From Macrostomum hystrix (lineage: Eukaryota > Animalia > Platyhelminthes): a DNA stretch of 64,000 bases. The stretch's first letter is position 1, and every line of letters starts with the position of its first letter. A program made the position numbers and the translations under genes. The notes under the pieces are model-generated. The model saw nothing but the letters and a program-made list of their open reading frames with translations, was not told the DNA's origin and ran no database searches. Shown in pieces: positions 51,901 through 64,000 of this stretch. Location: assembly GCA_950097015.1 (NCBI GenBank), contig CATNEN010000002.1, positions 1,302,001 through 1,366,000 of the forward strand, given 5' to 3'.

Positions 51901-54900
51901 AGCGGGATTAGGGGACCGAAGGATTAGGGGACCGAAGGATTAGGGGACCGAAGGATTAGGGGACCGAAGGATTAGGGGACCGAAGGATTAGGGGACCGAA
52001 GGATTAGGGGACAGAAGGATTAGGGGACAGAAGGATTAGGGGACCGAAGGATTAGGGGACAGAAGGATTAGGGGACTGAAGGATTAGGGGACTGAAGGAT
52101 TAGCGGACTGAAGGATTAGGGGACTGAAGGATTAGGGGACTGAAGGATTAGGGGACAGAAGGATTAGGGCACTGAAGGATTAGGGCACTGAAGGATAATG
52201 TGACAGAAGGATTAGGGGACTGAAGGATTAGGGGACTGAAGGATTAGGGGACTGAAGGATTAGGGGACTGAAGGATTAGGCGAGTGAAGGATTACGGGAC
52301 AGAAGGATTAGTGGACTGAAGGATTAGTGGACTGAAGGATAGTAGGACAGAAGGATTAGGGGATGTTGTAGCCTAGTGTTTGGAGAGTTTGACTAATCAC
52401 TTTAAGTTCGGGGGTTCGATTCCCAACTGCACTGGAACAATTTTTGTCCTTCAGCCAGATCGGAGCCAGCATTTGAAGGGGTAATTGATGGTGGGTGTGG
52501 CGTCCCCCTAGTCCATGAACTGAATAGCCGTACCCAGGCTTCAGATAGCTGCGGCTGACCCAATCGGGGCAGGTATAATCAAATATAGCTAAATTATTCC
52601 GGAATAAAGTACATTTATTGAACAGCGCTATCCCTACAGCTCACAATTTTCTATAGGGTTGAACACTTGCCAAGGTAAAAGTGACGACACAGCTATCGCT
52701 TAGGCTGCGGCTGTCTTATCGCAAATTAAATTCAGGTGTTTCTGTGTGCAGGCTCGTTGCAGATTAGCACAGTCTGTGCCTAGTATGTAAACATGGCTAC
52801 TTGCCTAACAGGTGAATGTTTACGTTAAATTGTCAACATGAGAGTGATCGAGATAGTGAAATCGTGTGTATATCCGTCTAAATTATTCAGTTAAAATATC
52901 GTGTTTCTTGAACTGTTTATCATTTTGATAAAGTCTTTAGAGTCAGATACAAATAATCTGCTTCTAAGAGTTGTATTCAGGCTAGTTGCAAAAGTGATTC
53001 GTCCGCTGATAATACTTGTGGGCTAATGTTTTATACGCATTTCATCTACTTAAGTTAGTAGTATAATGCAAAACTAACATACAAATATGAAACATGGCAA
53101 AATTAGACAGAAGCATTTGACAAACTCTCCTAATTAAGTGTTTCAAATAAAATGTTCAACTCCAGATTCCCACCTTAGAATTCCAAATTCCTATAGATCC
53201 CCTATAACAGGTTGTCTATAGTTCCCTAAACCAAAATTTCCTTATCGAAGCTACAGATACCAAGTCCAGATCCCAAAATCCAGATCCCAAGCTCCAGATC
53301 CCCAAACTCGAGATCCCAAATTCCAGATCCCAAGCTCCAGATCCCAAACTCCAGATCCCCAAACTCCTAATCCCCAAACTCCAGATCCCCAAACCCCAGA
53401 TCCCCGAACTCCAGATCCGCAACTCCAGATCCCAAACTCCAGATCCCAATCTCCAGATCCCCAAACCCCAGATCCCCAAACTCCAGATCCCCAAACCCCA
53501 GATCCCCAAACTCCAGATCCCAAGCTCCAGATCCCAAACTCCAGATCCCCAAACTTCAGATCCCCGAACTCCAGATCCCAAACTCCAGATCCCCAAACTT
53601 CAGATCCCAAACTCCAGATCCCAAACTCCAGATCCCCAAACTTCAGATCCCAAACTCCAGATCCCCAACTCCAGATCCCTAACTCCAGATGTTCAAATAC
53701 AAAGCTCAAAATTTCAGTTCCATCCTAGATTTCCCAAAACCTAGATCACTGACCCAATATGCCCTAAACGTAAAAGGGCACGGATGATGGACAATCTGCA
53801 GATTACCCGATGCAATCTCCCTAATCTCCCCAACCCCACCCAATGAAGGCCTACTGGCAGCGCAGCTCCAGCGGTTTCCTCAGCAAGTACGCAGTGGACG
53901 GCCTGTGGATCGACATGAACGAGCCGAGCAACGTGTACCACGGCTCCGCCACTGGCTGCCCGAATGGGAACCAGCTCGACTATCCGCCCTACGTTCCGCA
54001 CATTCTCGGCTACAATGTCCTGTTTAGGGAAACAGTGTGCCCCTCGGCCTGGCAGTACATGGGCAGTCACTACAATCTGCACAATATGTACGCCTATTTC
54101 GAAGCCAAGGCCACCTGGCAGGTGCTGCGTACGAGGCCGGACGGCCGGAGCGATAATCAGCAGAGGCAATTTGTTCTAAGCAGAAGCACCTTTCCAGGTG
54201 AGAGGATATTGTTATTTGGACGCGTGTTAGTCAGGCCGACTGTTGCGAAATCTGTTAGACAAACTTCTAGAACCTGTTAGACATCCTTTTAGAACCTGTT
54301 AGACATCGATCCTTTTAGAACATGTTAGACATCCTTTTAGAACCCGTTAGAAATTATTTTAGAAACTGTTAGACATCCTTCTAAAACCTGTTAGACATCC
54401 TTTTAGAACATGTTAGACATCCTGCTAGAACCTGTAAGAAATAATTTTAGAATCAGTTAGACACAATTTTAGAACCTGTTTTAGATATCCTTTTAGAACC
54501 TGTTATAGAAATCATTTTAGAACCTGTTAGACATCATTTTAGAACCCGTTAGAAATTATTTTAGAAACTGTAAGACATCCTTCTAAAACCTGTTAGACAT
54601 CCTTTTAGAACATGTTAGACATCCTGCTAGAACCTGTAAGAAATAATTTTAGAATCAGTTAGACACAATTTTAGAACCTGTTTTAGATATCCTTTTAGAA
54701 CCTGTTATAGATATCCTTTTAGAACCTGTTAGACACAATTTTAGAACCTGTTAGATATCCTTTTAGAACCTGTTAGACACAATTTTAGAACCTGTTAGAT
54801 ATCCTTTTAGAACCTGTTAGACAACACTGCTCTGCTCACTGAACACTGTTCCGTGCTCAAACTGTTCGCAGGCATTCAACGCTACGCGTTCCACTGGACC

Positions 54901-57900
54901 GGTGACAACAACGCTGACTGGTTCAACATGCGCTATTCCCTGTCCAACATTCTCAGCTTCAACCTCTATGGCATTGTGAACACCGGAACCGACGTCTGCG
55001 GCTTTAACACGGCCACCACCGAGGAGCTGTGCATTCGCTGGACACAGCTGGCCGCCTTCTATCCGTTCATGCGCAACCACAACAGCCTCGACCTGCCCGA
55101 CCAGGACCCCGCTGCCTTCAGTCCGGCTGCTCAGGCCATCCTGCGGTGCGAAATCTACTCATCCAGCACCTCACCTGTTCACTGAACAACTCACCTGTCA
55201 ACTGGACACATCACCTGTCAACTGGACACCTCACCTGTCAATTGGACACCTCACCTGTCAACTGGACACCTCACCTGTCAACTGGACACCTCACCTGTCA
55301 ACTGGACACCTCACCTGTCAATTGGACACCTCACCTGTCAATTGGACACCTCACCTGTCAACTGGACACCTCACCTGTCAACTGGAAACCTCACCTGTCA
55401 ACTGGACACCTCACCTGTCAATTGGACACCTCACCTGTCAACTGGACACCTCACCTGTCAACTGGACACCTCACCTGTCAATTGGACACCTAACCTGTCC
55501 ATCCAGCACCTTATCTGTCCATCAAGCACCTTATCTGTCCATCCAGCACCTTATCTGTCCATCAAGCACCTTATCTGTCCATCCAGCACCTTAACTGTCC
55601 ATTCAGCACCTTAACTGTCCATCCAGCACCTTAACTGTCCATCCAGCACCTTACCTGTCCATCCAGCACCTTAACTGTCCATCCAGCACCTTACCTGTCC
55701 ATCCAGCACCTTACCTGTCCATCCAGCACCTTAACTGTCCATCCAGCACCTTACCTGTCCATCCAGCACCTTACCTGTCCATCCAGCACCTTACCTGTCC
55801 ATCCAGCACCTTACCTGTCCATCCAGCACCTTACCTGTCCATCCGGCACCTAAAATGTCCATCCAGCATCTCACATATTCTCTGAACACCTCACCTAGCT
55901 GTCCACTGAACGCCTCACCTGTCCACTGAACAGCTGACCTGTCCACTGAACGCCTCACCTGTCCACTGAACAGCTGAGCTGTCCACCAACCCGCAGGGAG
56001 TGGATCCTGTTCCGCTACTTCTTGCTGCCCTACATGTACACTCAGTTTTTCTACGCTTCAACCAACGGCAGCACAGTCGCTCGCTCCCTAATGGAAGAGT
56101 TCCCATCGGACGAGGCCACTTGGCTAATTGACGATCAGTTCATGTTCGGACCGGCAATTATGATCTGCCCGGTGACAGTAGAGGGGGCTGTTGATAGGCA
56201 GGTCTACCTGCCGCCCCAGGCCAGGTGGTTCGACTTCACGTCGCGTAACAGAGCTGAGGTTTGTCTAACAGTCTAAGCCAATGCACTACCCGCATTAGTC
56301 AAAGAGGAAATCAACCAGTCACTTGTCTGTACTACTGCAGGTAATGGCCAAGGGAATGCAGACTGTACAGGCGCCGATCAACTACATCCCAATTTACTTC
56401 CGGGGCGGCAGTATAATTGCTGCTCAAATGCCAGGGAATGACACCTACCACCAGAGACTGCTCAGCTCGTTTCAACTTATTGTGGCGCCAGATGCTACAG
56501 GTGTGGAGAGTACACATGAGAATGTATTTGAAACTATCGATCACTTGAACTTATAAAAATGAGGTCTCTAGATCTGCCAAACCTTCGAAATACTCTGTCG
56601 AACACCCCAACCCTTTAGAACACCCTACGCTCTAGAACACCCCAACCATCTAGAACACCCCAAACCTCTAGAACACCCCAAAAACAGAACACCCCAAAAA
56701 CAGAACACCCCAAAAACAGAACACCCCAAACCTCTAAAACACGCAACCATCTAGAACACCCTACACCTCTAGAACACCCAACCCTCTATAACACCCAACC
56801 CTTTGGAACACCCTACGCTCTAGAACACCCGAACCCTTTAGAACACCCCAACCATCTAGAACACCCAAACCTCTAGAACACCCCAACCCTCTAGAACACC
56901 CCAACCCTCTAGAACACCCCAACCCTCTAGAACACCCCAAACCTCTAGAACACGCAACCATCTTGAACACCCCAAACCTCTAGAACACGCAACCATCTTG
57001 AACACCCCAAACCTCTAGAACACCAACCATCTTGAACACCCCAAACCTCTAGAACACCCCAACCCTCTAGAACACCCCAACCCTCTAGAACACCCCCAAC
57101 CTCTAGAACACGCAACCATCTTGAACACCCCAAACCTCTAGAACACCCCAACCCTCTAGAACACCCCAACCCTCTAGAACACGCAACCATCTCTAACACC
57201 ACAAACCTCTAGAACACGCAACCATCTATAACACCACAAACCTCTAGAACACGCAACCATCTCTAACACCACAAACCTCTAGAACACGCAACCATCTCTA
57301 ACACCCCAAACCTCTAGAACACGCAACCATCTTGAACACCCCAAACCTCTAGAACACGCAACCATCTTGAACACCCCAAACCTCTAGAACACGCAACCAT
57401 CTCTAACACCCCAAACCTCTAGAACACGCAACCATCTTGAACACCCCAAACCTCTAGAACACGCAACCATCTTTAACACCCCAAACCTCTAGAACACGCA
57501 ACCATCTCTAACACCCCAAACCTCTAGAACACGCAACCATCTTGAACACCCCAAACCTCTAGAACACGCAACCATCTTGAACACCCCAAACCTCTAGAAC
57601 ACGCAACCATCTCTAACACCCCAAACCTCTAGAACACGCAACCATCTTGAACACCCCAAACCTCTAGAACACGCAACCATCTTTAACACCCCAAACCTCT
57701 AGAACACGCAACCATCTCTAACACCCCAAACCTCTAGAACACGCAACCATCTCTAACACCACAAACCTCTAGAACACGCAACCATCTTGAACACCCAAAC
57801 CTCTAGAACACGCAACTATTTAGAACACCACCCTGACAAACACCCAGCCCTGTCGAACATCCGACCTCCTGAACCGTCGCAGGCTCAGCCGAAGGCAGTC

Positions 57901-58190
57901 TGTTCTGGGACCGCAGCGGCACAGACGACATTAGTCTTGGAAAATTCCAGCTACTGGAGTTGAAGGCCACAGAGGGCAGCCTAAACAGCAGAGCTGTTCA
58001 CCGTTTCCCCATTGGAATCCAGATGCAGCTCATGAACATTGATGTCTATGGCCAAGCCTCTAAGCCGGTCAGCGCCGTAGTGAACGGTCGCCAGAGGCAT
58101 TTTAGTTTCGATAGCAGCAGCGGCCTGTTGTCAATCAACGGCCTGAATGACGTGGATCTGAGACAGCCGCTCACCGTCAGTTGGAAGTGA
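48921..58190 (+). CDS. GAA: Glycoside hydrolase family 31 alpha-glucosidase (lysosomal GAA / maltase-glucoamylase-like), 909 aa; exons 48921-49268, 49669-49938, 50611-51120, 51646-51894, 53849-54197, 54872-55145, 55997-56258, 56341-56500, 57883-58190
   Basis: Signal peptide, trefoil domain (C...RVDC...C..RGCCW), YGLGEH, LYGSHNF, WADIDYMD, catalytic WIDMNE, SRSTFPG, HWTGDN acid/base, YPFMRNHN, RGGSII. All 8 junctions are GT-AG and in phase; total 2730 nt. Confidence 0.93.
49295..49530. repeat. GAA intron 1 minisatellite, about 40-bp unit
   Basis: Recurring TGTAACATGTTAGACAAGACTGTTACACACTGATCTGAC. Confidence 0.85.
49545..49662 (-). mobile_element. tRNA-derived SINE head (antisense), abutting the 3' splice site of GAA intron 1
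   Basis: Reverse complement GGGAGGTTGCAGCCCTGTGGTTAGAG (A box)...GGTTCGATTC (B box)...ACAATTTGTGTCCTTTAGCAAGACACTTAAC. Confidence 0.85.
50315..50600. repeat. GAA intron 2 minisatellite, 16-bp G-free unit
   Basis: Unit CCCATCCCATCATATT. Confidence 0.95.
51165..51615. repeat. GAA intron 3 minisatellite, 22-bp unit
   Basis: Unit CCTGTTAGACACGATCCTCCTA. Confidence 0.93.
51903..52360. repeat. GAA intron 4 minisatellite a, 16-bp unit
   Basis: Unit GAAGGATTAGGGGACC/T. Confidence 0.95.
52361..52590 (+). mobile_element. tRNA-derived SINE directly fused to the end of the 16-bp array
   Basis: TGTTGTAGCCTAGTG (A box), GGTTCGATTCC (52413-52423), GAACAATTTTTGTCCT, GTGTGGCGTCCCCCTAGTCCATGAACTGAA. Confidence 0.82.
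53255..53690. repeat. GAA intron 4 minisatellite b, 14-15-bp units
   Basis: Unit CCAGATCCC(C)AAACT. Confidence 0.93.
54245..54825. repeat. GAA intron 5 minisatellite, about 22-bp unit with a higher-order duplication
   Basis: Unit AGAACCTGTTAGACATCCTTTT. Confidence 0.92.
55165..55980. repeat. GAA intron 6 compound minisatellite, 20-bp units (successive subtypes)
   Basis: CACCTCACCTGTCAACTGGA, then ATCCAGCACCTTACCTGTCC, then a degenerate CCTGTCCACTGAAC tail. Confidence 0.95.
56600..57830. repeat. GAA intron 8 minisatellite, about 35-bp composite unit
   Basis: Unit CCTCTAGAACACGCAACCATCTTGAACACCCCAAA. Confidence 0.95.
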
Positions 58191-58774
58191 AGGGATCGAA
58201 ATGACATGCCGCGGTTGAGAATAGAAAATAACACTGATCGCGTAACTATATAACAATGACCTGTAACCCCATTGATTCCTGGCTAGGGCACTATATATCC
58301 TTCAATTACTAACACTAGCTATCTATTGTAATTGAGTCTTTGCGTCTATGAGTAGGACATTCTCCAGTCTTTTAAAAAGTCAACAGTAAATGATACTAAT
58401 TGAAATGTTTTCAGACAATCAAACGCAAATGAATAAGGCCATCAAATTAAAGACAAAGAAACAGAATTTTTGTAAAATTATTTCCTTCCTGAAAAAGTGA
58501 GAGCGCCGGCAAAAACGAACAAAAGTGTTCGAGAGCGTTGGAACAGCTGGGGTCAGTTTCGAGGTGAGACAGTTTCGAGGGTTAACGCACCAACGCCCTA
58601 GAAACTCATGTATTTGAGAGTCACGAAATCTTTGTTTAGGCCAATGCTTGTGTTAGCAAAAATAATTACCTGTCTATGATATAGGCTTAATAGCGTACAG
58701 AAAACAAGCTCATTGATTCAGTGGGCTGCTCATGTTTGTAAGGCTTTCCAGGAAATTAATCAGCTGGGTTGCCA

Positions 58775-59305
58775 TGGTTTGTCTGTGTCAGTGGATTGCC
58801 CTGGGTTGTCTGTGTCAGTGGATTGCCCTGGGTTGTCTGTGGTAGTGGGTAGCCCTGGGTTGCCTGTGGTAGTGGATTGCCCTGGTTGCCTGTGGTAGTG
58901 GGTTGCCCTGGGTTGTCTGTGGCAGTGGGTTGCCGTGTCTGTGGTAGTGAGTTGCTCTGGGTTGTTTGTGGTAGTGGGTTGCCCTGGGTTGCCTGTGGTA
59001 GTGGATTGCCCTGGTTGCCTGTGGTAGTGGGTTGCCCTGGGTTGCCTGTGGTAGTGGATTGCCCTGGGTTGTCTGTGGCAGTGGGTTGCCGTGTCTGTGG
59101 TAGTGGGTTGCCCTGGGTTGTCTGTGGTAGTGGATTGCCCTGGGTTGTCTGTGGTAGTGGATTGCCCTGGGTTGTCTGTGGCAGTGGGTTGCCGTGTCTG
59201 TGGTAGTGAGTTGCTCTGGGTTGTCTGTGGCAGTGGGTTGCCCTGGGTTGTCTGTGGCAGTGGGTTGCCCTGTCTGTGGTAGTGGGTTGCCCTGGGTTGT
59301 CTGTG
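58775..59305. repeat. G/T-rich minisatellite, about 25-26-bp units, between GAA and ADSS
   Basis: Recurring GGGTTGTCTGTGGTAGTGGATTGCCCT. Confidence 0.92.
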
Positions 59306-60314
59306 ATTTGCTAGAGTAGGCCACGTTAATAAAAATTAAAAACGCAAAATTAAGGAAAGTGGTTAGGGAACAAAAGTACATAAAGGCGAACGGGATATTC
59401 TGTCACAACTCGCGGGCACGATGAAGATGGTGCAGTAAAAAATAACTTTGACAACATTTTAAGGATTGTTAATCTACATTTTGTTATAACTAAACAAACT
59501 CAAACGTCTTAATGGCGCGAATTTGAATTGCGCTTAAATTTAACTGGTAAATAACTTGTTTGGCTAAAACTCGTTTTAATAACAAAATTAAGAACAGAAC
59601 AGACTAAAAAAACTAGAATACAAGAAAAGCCAGCAAGCTGTTGCTGCTGCTGTTTTGTAAACAAAATGAAAAACTACCGAAAAAATGATTGATTGATTGT
59701 TTGAATTAATCTCCAACTCAATATGTGTGACCGTGGAAATAAAACTTGTAACCCAGTTCATATTTGTTTATTCCGCATTCTTTGCAAATTTAATTCTTTT
59801 ATTATAATGTAGATTTGAGAAATAGAGAGTACAGGGAAGATAGAAGAGACAGTAGTGGGAGTACTTTACCATCGCGGGACATTTCCCTAACTTCCATAGT
59901 TAAGGAAGTATTCCACAATAAACCCACACACACATCTAAACCTGCCCGTACGGTCACACTTAATTCGCAGAGCTTTCTAAAATAACTAATTGCACAATGA
60001 TACTCAGTCTGAAAACTGCGTAAAAAACTACTGGGCGAGCGAGCTCAACTACTGGTCAGTAGGGCGGTGAGCAAATTTTAGGTTAATAATTTGAATAGCA
60101 ACACACTGGTTAGATGGTTAAAAGCGACTGCCGCTAACTATACTACTGACGAGGTTAATCTAATTTTGCAAGTCGCATACGCATAGGAATATTTTCCGTG
60201 TAAAATCTATTCTAGTTTCTATCTTTTTAGTAAGTCGGTGTTGCCTGTTAGCTAAAGAAATAAATTTGTGTTGGGCTGCAGACCTCCAGTGCTGGTTTTA
60301 GTAGAGCAGATTCG

Positions 60315-60955
60315 AAGTGAGATTATGAGCAGAGTTTAAGTGAGATTATGAGCAGAGTTGAAGTGAGATTATGAGCAGAGTTGAAGTGAGATTATGAGCA
60401 GAGTTGAAGTGAGATTATGAGCAGAGTTGAAGTGAGATTATGAGCAGATTTGAAGTGAGATTATGAGCAGAGTTGAAGTGAGATTATGAGCAGAGTTGAA
60501 GTGAGATTATGAGCAGAGTTGAAGTGAGATTATGAGCAGAGTTGAAGTGAGATTATGAGCAGAGTTGAAGTGAGATTATGAGCAGAGTTGAAGTGAGATT
60601 ATGAGCAGAGTTGAAGTGAGATTATGAGCAGAGTTGAAGTGAGATTATGAGCAGAGTTGAAGTGAGATTATGAGCAGAGTTGAGGTGAGATTATGAGCAG
60701 AGTTGAAGTGAGATTATGAGCAGAGTTGAGGTGAGATTATGAGCAGAGTTGAAGTGAGATTATGAGCAGAGTTGAAGTGAGATTATGAGCAGAGTTGAAG
60801 TGAGATTATGAGCAGAGTTGAAGTGGGATTATGAGCAGAGTTAAAGTGAGATTATGAGCAGAGTTGAAGTGAGATTATGAGCAGAGTTGAAGTGAGATTA
60901 TGAGCAGATTTGAAGTGAGATTATGAGCAGAGTTGAGGTGAAATTGTGAGCACAG
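60315..60955. repeat. Minisatellite, 23-bp unit
   Basis: Unit AAGTGAGATTATGAGCAGAGTTG. Confidence 0.96.
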
Positions 60956-61078
60956 TTTGGGTGTGATCACGATCAGAAAGGTGCTTGAAATATTACGATC
61001 AGGGCTTATTAGCAGGTAGGAGTGACAATAGATTTATTTAAGTTTGGCAACGCCAGTTCCCCGGAAATTCGCAACCAA

Positions 61079-63845
61079 TCAACCGCTGCGCACCACAATG
61101 CAATCCCTGCTAGGTCCGACTCCGATCCACAGCACCGGAACGCCGGTGTGAAGTTCCACGGCTTCAACGTAGGCTCTGGCAGCCGGCGGTAGGTCTTCGA
61201 ATTTGCGACAGTGCGAGATGGAGCACTGCCAGCCAGGCAAGGTGACAAATTCCACCTTGACTCGAGCAAAATCACCGGCCAGGGCTGGCACTCCCTGCAG
61301 CGTCTGGCCGTCCAGAGTGTAGGCCACGCCGATCTTGACTTCGGCGAAGGTGTCCAGAACGTCCAGCTTAGTCAGGGCCAGGCCTTTGAAACCGTTGACC
61401 ATGTGCGAGTACTTAACGATTGGGGCGTCCAGCCAACCGCAACGACGCCTGCGACCAGTGGTGACACCGACCTCGTGACCTATGTCCTGCCGGAATGGGG
61501 GTGGGGAATGGTGGGGAGTGTCCTGAAGTCTCAGGGGTAGGGGTGGCTGGGTATCCTGAAGTCTCAGGGGTCGGGATGGCTGAGTGTCCTGAAGACTCAG
61601 GGCTGAGGTATGGCTGAGTATCCTGAAGACACAGGAGTGGGGTATGGCTGAGTATCCTGAAGACTCAGGAGTGAGGTATGGCTGAGTATCCTGAAGACTC
61701 AGGGGTGGGGTATGGCTGAGTATCCTGAAGACTCAGGGGTGGGGTATGGCTGAGTATCCTGAAGACTCAGGGGTGGGGTATGGCTGAGTATCCTGAAGAC
61801 TCAGGGGTGGGGTATGGCTGAGTATCCTGAAGACTCAGGGGTGGGGTATGGCTGAGTATCCTGAAGACTCAGGGGTGGGGTATGGCTGAGTATCCTGAAG
61901 ACTCAGGGGTGGGGTATGGCTGAGTATCCTGAAGACTCAGGGGTGGGGTATGGCTGAGTATCCTGAAGACTCAGGGGTGGGGTATGGCTGAGTATCCTGA
62001 AGACTCAAGGGTGGGGTATGGCTGAGTATCCTGAAGACTCAAGGATGGGGTATGGCTGAGTATCACGAAGTCTTTGGTGAGGAAGTCTGCAAGATTGTGT
62101 ATATTTAAGTACTTTGAAAACTGAGGATAAGGGATCAAAATTAGGTCATTTGGTTTATTCACCTGCAAAGCCATTCCGATGCTGTCAGTGAGCTCAGTGG
62201 GAAAACCGCCGGCGCCAACTCGAGTTGTGTAGGCCTTCACAACGCCGTAGACGCTGGTAACCAGGTGGGGCGGTACCCCAAGGCCCGTGCAGAGGCCGCC
62301 AACGCTGCAGTTGGAGCTGGTCACGTAGGGATAAGTGCCAACGTCTATGTCCAGCATTGAGCTCTGGGCGCCCTGAAGTAATTGAAGCGGGGAGGTAATG
62401 TTAACTTAAAGTGGAGAAGAGAGTGTAAGCATCAGGTAAAGGTTCAGGAAGGGTGGTGTTGAATTCAGGTAGGGTGGTATTGGGTTCAGGTAGGGTGGTA
62501 TTGGGTTTAGGTAATATGATATTAGGTTCAGGTGGAACGGCATGGGTTTAGGTGAGATAGGATCGGGTTCAGGTGAGGTGAGATCGGGTTCAGGTGAGGT
62601 GAGATCGGGTTCAGATGAGATGGGATCGGGTTCAGGTGAGATGGGATCGGGTTCAGGTGAGGTGAGATCGGGTTCAGGTGAGATGGGATCGGGTTCAGGT
62701 GAGATAGGATCAGGTTCAGGTGAGGTGAGATCGGGTTATGGTGAGATGGGATCGGGTTATGGTGAGATGGGATCGGGTTCAGGTGAGATGGGATCGGGTT
62801 CAGGTGAGATAGGATCGGGTTCAGGTGAGATGGGATCGGGTTCAGCTGAGATAGGATCGGGTTCAGGTGAGGTGAGGTCGGGTTCAGGTGAGATGGGATC
62901 GGGTTCAGGTGAGATCGAATCGGGTTCAGGTGAGATGGGATCGGGTTCAGGTGAGGTGAGATCGGGTTCTGGTGAGATGGGATCGGGTTCAGGTGAGATC
63001 GAATCGGGTTCAGGTGAGATAGGATCGGGTTCAGGTGAGATCGAATCGGGTTCAGGTGAGATGGGATCGGGTTCAGGTGAGGAGGGAACAGGTTTAGGTG
63101 AGATGGGATCAGGTTCAGGTGAGATTATATGTCTAACCTCCACCAGAATGTGACAGTCAGGCTGCTGCATCTGCTGGTTCAGGTAGAGCACGGTGTCTCG
63201 CACCATGGGTTTCAAGCGCTCTCTCAGCAGGCGCAGGGTAGCCAACTCGGAATCTGCCGTATGGGCATCTCTAAGGCGTTGAGCATACCGATCTCTGGTG
63301 TACTCAAGTAGAGCCATGTACTTCTGCTCGAAGGCGGCCCAGTCGCCCATGAGGTCGCAGATTCGAACCCCGTTGCGCTGCATCTTGCTGCTATAGGTCG
63401 GGCCGATGCCCTTCCGGGTGGTGCCGAGACGGTTGCCCGCGCCGCCGGCCACGCCGCCCTCCTGAAGGCCGTCAACAATCTGGTGAAAGTTGAACACCAG
63501 GTGAGCCCGATCGCTGATGATTAGACGCTGCTCAATATCGGTCAGACCCTTAGCCGTGGCCTTCTCAATCTCGCCGAACAGATCCGGTATGTGGACCACC
63601 ACACCGTGGCCGATGACGCCAACAACGCCGGGATGCACGACGCCCGACGGTAGCAGGTGGAAATCGTAGGTAACACCGTCGACAAGGACAGTGTGGCCAG
63701 CGTTGTTGCCGCCCTGACAGCGGCAGACGACGCGCACGGACTCCTTGGCTGCCAGCCAGTCAACCAGCTTGCCTTTGCCTTCGTCGCCCCACTGGCTGCC
63801 CATCACGAAGGTCAACTGGGCTTTCGCGGCTCCGTTAACGGACAT
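61079..63845 (-). CDS. ADSS: Adenylosuccinate synthetase, 441 aa; exons 63845-63138, 62372-62163, 61486-61079
   Basis: [34 protein letters not shown]|[50 protein letters not shown]. Both introns are phase 0. Confidence 0.96.
61500..62065. repeat. ADSS intron 2 minisatellite, 34-bp unit with an internal hairpin
   Basis: Unit GGGGTATGGCTGAGTATCCTGAAGACTCAGGGGT (CTGAGT..ACTCAG stem). Confidence 0.95.
62445..63122. repeat. ADSS intron 1 minisatellite, 21-bp unit
   Basis: Unit GAGATGGGATCGGGTTCAGGT. Confidence 0.95.
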
Positions 63846-64000
63846 TTCACTGCTATTATTAATCACTTATTGGCTCCTGCCTACAATAGAATTAGCTCTT
63901 AGATTTCACCTGCAGATTTGAACATTGCGAATCGGCGATTAAGCAACTTTTTAAATTCAGATCATGCCTATAATACGACTAATGACGCTTATAAACTGCA

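Noticed and set aside
51903-52360. TTAGGG within the 16-bp unit (interstitial telomere?)
   Set aside because: One hexamer per unit, never tandem (TTAGGG)n.

Overview
Eukaryotic (metazoan) genomic DNA, not prokaryotic. GC-rich exons with poly-Gln/Ala tracts and minisatellite-filled introns resemble the flatworm Macrostomum lignano (inference from sequence style only). I assembled eight spliced genes by hand, checking GT-AG sites and reading phase at every junction. They are a 5'-partial RPS6KC1-like PX-MIT-pseudokinase (+), G-alpha-i (-), a TAF5/TAF5L-like WD40 protein (-), a C2H2 zinc-finger protein (-), RPS23/uS12 (+), an orphan low-complexity protein with a 23-nt micro-exon (+), a 9-exon GH31 alpha-glucosidase (+) and adenylosuccinate synthetase (-). 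A probable ninth small gene with a CxxC motif, missed by the ORF track, lies at 10.6-11.7 kb (-). The dominant unexplained structure is about 33 different tandem arrays (14-57 bp units). 19 of 24 introns in the eight genes carry their own private array, and three of the five array-free introns are only 82-130 nt. Neighbouring arrays share core motifs, and some motifs (ATCCC, antisense 5' splice site) follow the host gene's strand. Also present: a tRNA-derived SINE family (5 copies, one apparently supplying an intron branch point and pyrimidine tract), two TIR elements, a 125-bp dispersed repeat and a CpG-depleted domain around a likely bidirectional promoter. No CRISPR array, rRNA or intact tRNA was found. 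All counts and alignments were done by eye.
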